The translations under genes and the position numbers were made by a program. A stretch of DNA of 64,000 bases from Candidatus Fermentibacterota bacterium (GTDB lineage: Bacteria > Fermentibacterota > Fermentibacteria > Fermentibacterales > JCC-6). The notes below the pieces were generated by a model. That model worked only from the letters and a program-made list of their open reading frames with translations, was not told where the DNA came from and did not search any database. Below are positions 56,441 to 64,000 of the stretch, in pieces. Position 1 is the stretch's first letter. The number at the start of each line of letters is the position of its first letter. The stretch lies in the NCBI GenBank assembly GCA_963845085.1, contig CAWJQI010000004.1, positions 576,001 through 640,000 on the forward strand. Direction: 5' to 3'.

Positions 56441-59098
56441 TCAGCGGCCAGTAAGTATCCGTCTGACCTTGTCGAGCAGCAGGCCAACGGAGAAAGGCTT
56501 CTGAAGGAAGTTCACCCCTTCGTTCAGAACACCCTGGTGCGCGATGGTATCGGCTGTATAGCCCGAGATGTAAAGGGTTTTCATGTCCGGCCGAGCCTTC
56601 GACAGGGTTTCACTCAATTCACGGCCGTTCATCCCGGGCATCATCATGTCCGTTATCAGAAGGTGGATGTCGCCGGCATGCCCGGCCGACACAGCGGCAG
56701 CCTCCTCCGGCAGCCTGGCGGTCAGTACGATGTAGCCGCTGCTTCTTAGCACCTCGGAGGCCATGTTGAGGATCATCTCCTCATCCTCCACGAACAGGAT
56801 CGTCTCCGTGCCGCCAACCGGCTTTCCGCCTTCTTTCCTGTCCGCGGGAGAAACCGGTTCGGTCACCTCGGGAAGGTATATCCTGAACACCGACCCGCGG
56901 CCGGGCTCGCTCGAGACCTTTATGAATCCACCGTTCTGGCTGACGATGCCGAATACCGTGGCAAGCCCGAGACCTGTTCCCTGCCCAACCTCCTTCGTCG
57001 TGAAGAAAGGTTCGAAAAGGTGGTCGAACACATTCTCATCCATCCCGCACCCCGAATCACTGACTTCGAGCATCACGAATCCACCCGGCGTGTAGCCGGG
57101 ATTCGAGCTGCAGAATTCCCTGTCGAAATCGGCATTGGCCGTTCTGATCAGCAGGATGCCGTTTCCGCTCATCGCATCCCTGGCGTTTACGACAAGGTTC
57201 GCAAGCACCTGGTTCAACTGGTTGGGATCGATCCTGACCCTTCTGAGGGTTCCGCCCGGGCTCCAGTCAAGATGGATGTTCTCACCGATGAGCCGTCGCA
57301 GCATGCTCAGCATTCCGGACAGCGTGGCGTTCAGGTCAAGGACCCGGGGCTCGGCGGTCTGCCTCCGGGCAAAACCGAGAAGCTGCCTGGTCAACTCCGC
57401 GGAACGCTCGGCCGCGGTGCGGATTTCCGAGATGTTCTCCCTGAGCGGGGAACGATGCGACAGTTTTCTGTCGATTATATCGGCATGCCCGAGTATGACT
57501 TCGAGCATGTTGTTGAAATCATGGGCGACCCCGCCGGCGAGCCTTCCGATCGACTCAAGCTTCTGGGCATGAAGCAGCTGGAGCTGCATGTCGCGCTTTC
57601 TCTCATCCTCCCGGACCTTTTCCGTTATGTCGGTGGAGATGCCGCACAGACTCATGGGTTTTCTGTCCTGGTCAAAAATGACCTGGGTGCGGACGTCGAA
57701 GAGGATCTCTTCCCCGCTGCGTTTTCGGTTCACCACGGTTCCGTGCCATCTTCCCCTTTCCAGGGTGTTGCGAAGAATGTCAGCCTGTGTGGCCCCCCTG
57801 GAGGGATCTTCGCCGAAATCGTGGATCGTCATGCTCTGCAGCTCTTCCCTCGAGTAGCCGAGGGACTCGACTTCAGCCTGGTTCGCATAGGTGATCCTTC
57901 CGGAGAGGTCAGTAACGGTCACCCTGTCGCTGATCTGGTCCAGAACCGTCGCCTGGAGGCGAAGCTTTTTCTCGGCTTCCTTCCTCTCCGTGATGTCAAG
58001 GACAGTGAAAACCTCGCCCTTCGAAGGGTCGGATGAATCAAGGAGCGTAACGCCGACAATGACGCTGATGGGCTTCCCGTCTTTCCTGGCCATCGGTACC
58101 TCGAGGCTGCAGATTCCGGTTTCCCCGATCTGCCTGTGCTTCTCTATCCCGACGAACTCATAATCCTCTTCGGATGTGTACAGGATCCTCGCGGGGCTCC
58201 CCGCAAGCTCGTCAAACGACCGGCCAAGCATGTCGCAGAAGGCCTGGTTGGCCTCGAGTATCATTCTATCCCTGACAATACCAATACCCACCGGTGCCGA
58301 AGAATAAATGGCCTTGAGTTTGGCTTCGCTGGCTCGAAGGGATTCTTCCGCCTTCTTCCTCTGCGTGATCTCCTCGTAGGTTCCAAGTACTCCGATGACG
58401 GAGCCTTCCGATGATCGAAGGGGAGCCTTGCTGGTCCGAAGCCAGATCGTATCCCCCGCGGGCGTTGTCTGAGGCTCCTCGTAACCGATTTTCTGCGTTC
58501 CCGACTTGATCACCTCAAGGTCATCCCGGCGATACAGCTCGGCCTGGTCGCGCCAACCCATCTGATGGTCGTTCTTTCCTATTATTTCGTCGGGATTCGA
58601 CAGGCCTGCATCCTGAGCAAATGACTTGTTGCATCCCAGGAAGTTCAGGTCCAGGTCCTTCCAGAACACCCTCACCGGTATGGTGTCAAGCACGCTCCTC
58701 AGAAGCTGCCGGGCCTGCAGGAGCTCGGATCGAAGGGCTTCTCCCGCGCCCTGTTCCCGGAAGACAAGAACAACGCCGGTGCTCTGTCCTGAAACGTCGC
58801 TGACCCTTCGCGCGCTGACCTGCACGGCCATTCTGCCACAGGATGGAAGCATGAATTCCACATCGCGGACCTGGGTTGAATCGCACTCGAGAGCCCTCTG
58901 TACAAGACAATCCGAAGACTCGCATAAGATGTGCAGCCAGAGTTTTCGGCAGTCGCGGCCCGGCACCCCGACGGCATCTGCTCCGAAAAGGTCGAGAAAG
59001 CCTTTGTTCACCCTCTTCAATGAAAGGTCGGAGCCGATTATGCACAGCGGGATGACGGCCTCGAATACCTGTTCAAGATCGAAGTGCTCTTCCCTCAT
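56441..59098 (-). CDS. Hybrid sensor histidine kinase (about four PAS, HisKA, HATPase, receiver)
   Basis: LAGGVAHDFNNML, NLVVNARDAM, FEPFFTTK, GTGLGL, LLITDMMMPGMNG, FLQKPF. Confidence 0.93.
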   Translation of the reverse strand: MREEHFDLEQVFEAVIPLCIIGSDLSLKRVNKGFLDLFGADAVGVPGRDCRKLWLHILCESSDCLVQRALECDSTQVRDVEFMLPSCGRMAVQVSARRVSDVSGQSTGVVLVFREQGAGEALRSELLQARQLLRSVLDTIPVRVFWKDLDLNFLGCNKSFAQDAGLSNPDEIIGKNDHQMGWRDQAELYRRDDLEVIKSGTQKIGYEEPQTTPAGDTIWLRTSKAPLRSSEGSVIGVLGTYEEITQRKKAEESLRASEAKLKAIYSSAPVGIGIVRDRMILEANQAFCDMLGRSFDELAGSPARILYTSEEDYEFVGIEKHRQIGETGICSLEVPMARKDGKPISVIVGVTLLDSSDPSKGEVFTVLDITERKEAEKKLRLQATVLDQISDRVTVTDLSGRITYANQAEVESLGYSREELQSMTIHDFGEDPSRGATQADILRNTLERGRWHGTVVNRKRSGEEILFDVRTQVIFDQDRKPMSLCGISTDITEKVREDERKRDMQLQLLHAQKLESIGRLAGGVAHDFNNMLEVILGHADIIDRKLSHRSPLRENISEIRTAAERSAELTRQLLGFARRQTAEPRVLDLNATLSGMLSMLRRLIGENIHLDWSPGGTLRRVRIDPNQLNQVLANLVVNARDAMSGNGILLIRTANADFDREFCSSNPGYTPGGFVMLEVSDSGCGMDENVFDHLFEPFFTTKEVGQGTGLGLATVFGIVSQNGGFIKVSSEPGRGSVFRIYLPEVTEPVSPADRKEGGKPVGGTETILFVEDEEMILNMASEVLRSSGYIVLTARLPEEAAAVSAGHAGDIHLLITDMMMPGMNGRELSETLSKARPDMKTLYISGYTADTIAHQGVLNEGVNFLQKPFSVGLLLDKVRRILTGR

Positions 59099-59180
59099 AT
59101 CCCTGTCCTGCGAAGGTCAGCGTCTGACATACAGAACCGAGATATACACAGGATGCTGCCACAAAGTCACGCGCCGGGTA

Positions 59181-61451
59181 TCAGAACTCGTACTCCAGCC
59201 CAACCACGGGCATTATGCCCCACTGGTATATCCTGTCCTCCCTGTGCTCGACACCGTTCCAGTAGACGGCGGCCACATTTCTTCTGTTGTAGGCGTTCCA
59301 GATTGAGGCATAGGTGACAAGGGCGGTATCCGAAAAGTTGAACCTCCGGTCCACCCTGACGTTCAGTGTGTGAAACGCGGGCAGTCTCTCCGCGTTGATC
59401 CTGCTTTCATCGAGAATGCTGCGGTTGAACTCCGCGCTGGCCTCGACATCGAGGGGTGTGAACGGTCTGCCTCCCGCGAAGTCCCACCTGAGCGAGGCTT
59501 CCCATCTTTCGTCAAACCGGTAGCCGCCCTCTATTCCCACGATCACCCTGTTGTCGAAGATCCGGTTTCGAAAGGGTTCTCCGGGGCTTCGGTACGAAGA
59601 CCTGGAATAGGAACCTGAAACAATGCCGTAAAGCCCCATCGCAAGACGTTTCTGCAGCGTTACCTCAATGCCGCGCGACCGGGCAAGCGCGCCCGACTGC
59701 AGCGAGATGAAGGAATACAGGTCCTGTTCGCTTCCCAGCCCGTCGAGAATGAAGTAGCCGGGCTGTCCGGGATCGAATGGAAAACGGGAGTATTCCTTCA
59801 GGTACGCTTCCACGACCAGCCGGGTGTCCTCGCTGAACAACCGCTGGAAGCCGAGAACGTAATGCGTGGCGACCGGATCGCAAAGCGATTCGAATTCAGT
59901 GCTCCTTGCGATGAGTTCGGCCGGAAGTGCCTGCCTGTAGATTCCCGCGGAAGCAGTGATCGTACAGTCTTCGCCCGTCTGCAGGCTCAGCGCACCCCGG
60001 GGCGAGACAGTCATCGAGCGGTTTCGGTCGCTGTAGTCCCCGCGAAGGCCGAATGTGGCCACCACGCGTTGGGAAATGTCCAGTGTCGTCTCGCAGAAGA
60101 TGCCACCCTGAAAGCTCTGAACATCCCTGTCGATCGTCAGGGGAGGAAGCGGTTCCCCGCTCCAGCTCGTATCGGCTCCGAAATAGCTGTCGTACCTGTT
60201 GAAGCCAAGCCGCAGGTCAAGCCCGAAGTTCATTTCCAGTCCGGGTGAGGCGCTCCAGGTGTTTGTATTCCTGAGGCTTGCCGACCTCTCATCCGAATCC
60301 TGAACAGCTTCGATCTCCTGGTTCGATGTTTTCCTGTAGTCGCCCCCGTAGCTGAGATCACTGAACGAAAGGGATGTTCTGGAGAAGCCGTCACCATGCC
60401 AAAGCCACCTCCAGTCCACTCCGGTGAGCAGGCTTTTCGTATCCGTTATTCCGTAGTTGGGGTTTCCGTCATCCCCGGCCTGTTCGAATGTGTAGTCGAC
60501 GTAGTCAATCGCACCCATGCCGAGGAACGTGAGCCTGTGGCTCGGGGAAAGATCGAGTTCGACCTTCGCAAGATAGTCCGAGTAGGTGGGAACCGCGTCT
60601 ATGTCGGCTATCGAAGTGAGAAGGTCAACCCAGGAATGGCGGGCTGTGACCAGCCATGCGCCATCCCCTCCAGCCAGCGGGCCTTCAAGCACCGTCCCTG
60701 CTCCGGCCATGCCGAAGTCGAGCTGGCCGTCGAATTCCTGTCTGTTCCCGCCCCTGAGCTTCAACTCCATCACGGAAGAAAGCCTGTCGCCGTATGCCGC
60801 CGAAAACCCCCCGGCGGAGAAGCGGACATCGGAGAGAACATCCACATTCACCATTGAGAGTCCGCCGCCGGATGTGCCCTGCCTTGGGAAATGGTTGATA
60901 TTGCCGAATTCCATGTTTTCGATGTAGATGCCGTTTTCAAAAGGGTTGCCGCCCCGGACGGCCAGGCCGTTGTACTGGTTGTCGACCTTGGATACGGACG
61001 GCAGCCCGGCGATTATCCTGACCACATCCCCCGCTGAACCCGGAGCGCGCCGGATCTCCTCGCCGGAAAATTCCTGCGAGCTTCCGGCCTGGGCTTCATC
61101 CCGGGAAAAGTACGAGGGTCGGACCGTTATGGTGCCTCCGGCGAGCGGCGCAGGTTCGAGCAGGAACTCCACCATCGTGAGCCGCTCGGAGCGCACTATC
61201 ACGTCGGTCTTCATGCCGGGGTGGTGTCCGACCGACGAAACCCTGAGGTTGTAGCTTCCCACCGGAACCCCGGTTATCGAAAATTCACCGTTCCCGTCCG
61301 TGAGCCCGCCAAGACTGGTTCCATCCAGTATGACAAAGGCGCCGGCGACCGGTTCAAGGGTTCCGCTCGTGGCGACACTGCCTGATATCCTTCCCTCCGG
61401 ATCGGCCCCGTACAGCGCTGCTGCCGGGATCAAAACATACAGAAGCTTCAA
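59181..61451 (-). CDS. TonB-dependent receptor with N-terminal carboxypeptidase-regulatory-like domain
   Basis: TDGNGEFSITGVPVG, plug VRGG..EN, GGFSAAYGDRLSSV, C-terminal LEYEF; TTG start. Confidence 0.88.
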   Translation of the reverse strand: MKLLYVLIPAAALYGADPEGRISGSVATSGTLEPVAGAFVILDGTSLGGLTDGNGEFSITGVPVGSYNLRVSSVGHHPGMKTDVIVRSERLTMVEFLLEPAPLAGGTITVRPSYFSRDEAQAGSSQEFSGEEIRRAPGSAGDVVRIIAGLPSVSKVDNQYNGLAVRGGNPFENGIYIENMEFGNINHFPRQGTSGGGLSMVNVDVLSDVRFSAGGFSAAYGDRLSSVMELKLRGGNRQEFDGQLDFGMAGAGTVLEGPLAGGDGAWLVTARHSWVDLLTSIADIDAVPTYSDYLAKVELDLSPSHRLTFLGMGAIDYVDYTFEQAGDDGNPNYGITDTKSLLTGVDWRWLWHGDGFSRTSLSFSDLSYGGDYRKTSNQEIEAVQDSDERSASLRNTNTWSASPGLEMNFGLDLRLGFNRYDSYFGADTSWSGEPLPPLTIDRDVQSFQGGIFCETTLDISQRVVATFGLRGDYSDRNRSMTVSPRGALSLQTGEDCTITASAGIYRQALPAELIARSTEFESLCDPVATHYVLGFQRLFSEDTRLVVEAYLKEYSRFPFDPGQPGYFILDGLGSEQDLYSFISLQSGALARSRGIEVTLQKRLAMGLYGIVSGSYSRSSYRSPGEPFRNRIFDNRVIVGIEGGYRFDERWEASLRWDFAGGRPFTPLDVEASAEFNRSILDESRINAERLPAFHTLNVRVDRRFNFSDTALVTYASIWNAYNRRNVAAVYWNGVEHREDRIYQWGIMPVVGLEYEF

Positions 61452-61486
61452 AATGCGTCCCCCGATCTGTCCAACTGCACAGCTGT

Positions 61487-61515
61487 TCAAACGTTTGTTT
61501 CAAACATATGTTTGA
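61487..61515. promoter_or_regulatory. Putative TetR operator (two overlapping sites)
   Basis: Perfect palindrome TCAAACATATGTTTGA at 61500-61515 and imperfect copy TCAAACGTTTGTTTCA at 61487-61502. Confidence 0.7.
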
Positions 61516-61598
61516 TTGATCGAAGGCGCAACCCCATGATGACAGCTTGCGAAGTCGCCGTGGAATTCGTACGCTATAGCGATACGCCGGGAGGCACC

Positions 61599-62271
61599 TT
61601 GAACGAAGTATCCAGCACCAGGGAACGCATTGTTTTTGCGGCGATTGAACTCATGGAGCGCGAGGGGCTCCAGGCCCTCACGATGCGCCGCATCGCGAGG
61701 GAGGCCGGTGTGAACACGGCGGCCGTCAACTACCACTTCGGGACGAAGGCGAACCTCATCGACTTCGTCATGAAGAACACCATGGGGCACGCCATCGACG
61801 ACTGGACCGAGGTGATTTGCTCAAGCGAGCTCAGCCCGACGGCAAGGCTTTACTGCATGCTGAACCACCTCATGGAAGGAATTGCCCGTTACCCCGGGAT
61901 CGTTCGAACGCATCTTTTCGATCCGGCCGTGCAGGGCGATGCAAGGGAAGCCTTTGCATCGGAATTCTCCTGCTTTCTCGACCATGCGGCAAAAACCCTC
62001 GAGGGCCGCTTTCCCCATTCACCCGGTGACCTTCGTCTATCCATTGCGCAGATGGTTACCGCGGCAGTCACGGTTTCACTGATACCCGAGCTTCTGGGCG
62101 CCGCCACGGGGAAAAGCCCGGAAGATCCGGACCGCTGTTGAAGCCTACATATCCAACCTTCTAAAGCGGTTCGCCGGCGCGGAGCCGGATTTCTCACCGG
62201 AGGAAAGGCGGAAGATGGACAGGGTCCTTTCCGCTGCATTCTCCGGGTCGGGTGTGCGAAAAATCCCATGA
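61599..62271 (+). CDS. TetR/AcrR family regulator (apparent frameshift near 62105-62135; unshifted stop 62141)
   Basis: TRERIVFAAIELM...TMRRIAREAGVNTAAVNYHFGTK HTH; the shifted frame continues AVEAYISNLLKRF to a stop overlapping the next ATG. Confidence 0.85.
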
Positions 62272-64000
62272 ACATAGAACTGGTGGGAACCTTTGCCGTT
62301 CTTGGCATCGCCGTCATCCTTTTTCTTACGGAAAGGTTAAGGCCCGATGTTGTCGCGCTGGCAACTGTCGCTGCTCTGGCGGGGATCGGCGTGCTCACCG
62401 CACCCGAATCCTTCTCGGGGTTCAGCAGCCAGGCCGTCATAACTCTCATATCGGTGTTCATCCTTGCAGAGGGACTCACCCGGACAGGCGTCTCGGACCA
62501 GGCTGCCAGGATCCTGCTCCGCTGGGGCGGAAGGCGGGAGGGCAGGCTCGTCGGACTGGTAATGGCGGCAGGGGCTTCGTTGTCACTTTTCCTCAACAAC
62601 ATCGCTGCTGCCGCCGTTCTCCTGCCGGCTGCGGGAGGGGCTGCGAGAAAGGCCGGCATCTCTCCGGCCAGGGTCCTCATGCCTCTTGCCTTCGCCACCA
62701 TCCTTGGAGGAATGGCAACGCTTCTCACCACGATGAATATCGTTGTGAGCAGCGTTCTGGTTGACAACGGTCACCCGGGGTTCGGTCTGCTCGACTTCTT
62801 CCCCGTGGGTTTCCCGATGCTGGCTTCGGGGATCCTTTACATGATCTTCTGGGGGAGGCACAGGCTGCCTTCCGGCGAGGACCGGGACGAGGTTCTTCGC
62901 GCGATGAAGGGCGAGACCGACCTTCTCGACGTCTACGGCATGGGCGAGTTCTTCTTCAGGGTCAGGATACCGGACGGATCCTACCTTGTGGGCAAAACGC
63001 TTGCGAGAAGCACATTCAGGGAAACCTTCGGCCTCAATGTTGTCGCGGTGGAAAAGCAGGACGGCGTGCTCAGCACCCTTCAACCCGACACCCTCTTCGA
63101 GAAGGGCGACATTCTCATACTCGAGGGCAACGCCGGGGAGTTCAGGAAGAGGGATCGTGAACCCTACCTCGAAATACTTCCCTGTCCGCCCCTGTGTGAG
63201 AAAGACCTCCGAACCATTTCAACGGTATTCGCGGAGGCAATGCTCTCGCCGCGCTCGAGCCTGATAGGCCGCACGTTGAAGGAGGTGCTGTTCCGCCAGA
63301 AGTACGGCATGGCGGTGCTCGCCATCTGGCGCAAGGGAAGCCCGATAAGGGAGAAGGTGGGCGACGAGAAACTCGCGTTCGGGGATGCGCTGCTCCTTCA
63401 GGGCCCCCGGGACAGGCTGAAACTCGTCGATCTTGATCCAGATCTCATCCTGCTTTCGATGGAACGGGAAACCCTTCCCGTGAAAAAAATGGGCAGGATA
63501 GCATTGCTCATCCTCGCATCCACACTGGCTGCGGTTGTTTTCACACCGGTGCCGATGGCGCAGCTGCTTCTCACCGGCGCGGTTCTCATGCTCATCGCGG
63601 GGGCTGTCACGATGGAACAGGCCTATCGCGCCGTGGACTGGAGAGGGATCTTCCTTGTCGCCGGAATGCTGCCCCTGGCTCTTGCCCTCACCAAGTCGGG
63701 TGCAGCAGCCATCGCCTCGACACTCTTCGTATCCGTGTTCGGTCAGTTCAGCCCCATCGTGATAGTCTCGGCCCTGTTCCTTGCGTCCGCACTGCTCACT
63801 CAGGCAGTCAGCGGCGCGGCGGTGGCGGCCATCATGGCTCCGATAGCGATATCAGCCTCTTCAGGCTCGGGCGCCCCGCCCCACGCACTGGGCATGGCTG
63901 TCGCCCTGGGCTCGTCGATGGCGTTCCTCACGCCGCTCGGGCACCCCGTCAACACACTGGTGATGGGTGCCGGAGGCTACCGCTTCAGTGATTACAGAAG
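62268..64000 (+). CDS. SLC13 family permease with TrkA-C domains (3' truncated by window)
   Basis: ERLRPDVVAL, LFLNNIAA, LGGMATL, RCK_C domains, FLTPLGHPVNTLVMGAGGYRFSDY; start and end are in the same frame. Confidence 0.9.
   Translation, partial: MNIELVGTFAVLGIAVILFLTERLRPDVVALATVAALAGIGVLTAPESFSGFSSQAVITLISVFILAEGLTRTGVSDQAARILLRWGGRREGRLVGLVMAAGASLSLFLNNIAAAAVLLPAAGGAARKAGISPARVLMPLAFATILGGMATLLTTMNIVVSSVLVDNGHPGFGLLDFFPVGFPMLASGILYMIFWGRHRLPSGEDRDEVLRAMKGETDLLDVYGMGEFFFRVRIPDGSYLVGKTLARSTFRETFGLNVVAVEKQDGVLSTLQPDTLFEKGDILILEGNAGEFRKRDREPYLEILPCPPLCEKDLRTISTVFAEAMLSPRSSLIGRTLKEVLFRQKYGMAVLAIWRKGSPIREKVGDEKLAFGDALLLQGPRDRLKLVDLDPDLILLSMERETLPVKKMGRIALLILASTLAAVVFTPVPMAQLLLTGAVLMLIAGAVTMEQAYRAVDWRGIFLVAGMLPLALALTKSGAAAIASTLFVSVFGQFSPIVIVSALFLASALLTQAVSGAAVAAIMAPIAISASSGSGAPPHALGMAVALGSSMAFLTPLGHPVNTLVMGAGGYRFSDYR

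Noticed and set aside
1..64000. SLC13 permeases at both ends as an inverted repeat or mobile-element boundary
   Set aside because: Same family but clearly divergent sequences; the interior is core housekeeping genes
1..64000. CRISPR arrays, tRNA/rRNA genes, transposases, integrases, prophage
   Set aside because: No spaced direct repeats, cloverleaf signatures or mobile-element motifs seen by eye; intergenic gaps are short

Overview
A 64 kb GC-rich segment of a diderm bacterial chromosome. A T9SS-type C-terminal domain, TonB and OmpA barrels and many lipoproteins suggest the FCB group; a Fermentibacterota-like lineage is my inference only. Most of it is housekeeping. One block is phoH-7TM-HD-ybeY-corC-recO-glyS-valS and another is rho-rpmE-DUF1385-prfA-prmC-ispG-glnA. 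Also present are nth, rnd, acyP, tadA, pepP, hsp20, tldD/pmbA, degP, malQ, a hybrid kinase, a TonB receptor with a divergent TetR, and SLC13 permeases at both edges. I saw no rRNA, tRNA, CRISPR array, IS or phage genes. Best leads: (1) two unrelated secreted proteins share a 15-residue C-terminal motif SxxxxSW[GA]xIK[SA][LF]xx, a candidate sorting signal; (2) an AT-rich two-gene islet encodes DUF488 and a partner with a QLDLF beta-clamp motif and no canonical start for its N-terminus; (3) an operon of a beta-barrel fused to a ComEA HhH domain, a second barrel and a ComEB/dCMP deaminase sits in a DNA-handling neighbourhood; (4) an Lpp-like coiled-coil lipoprotein is paired with a coiled-coil LysM protein; (5) there is a sigma54 promoter before hsp20 and a TetR operator. 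Four single-base frameshifts (SLC13, ybeY, cyclase, TetR) are probably assembly errors. All family calls come from recognising motifs by eye; no searches were run.
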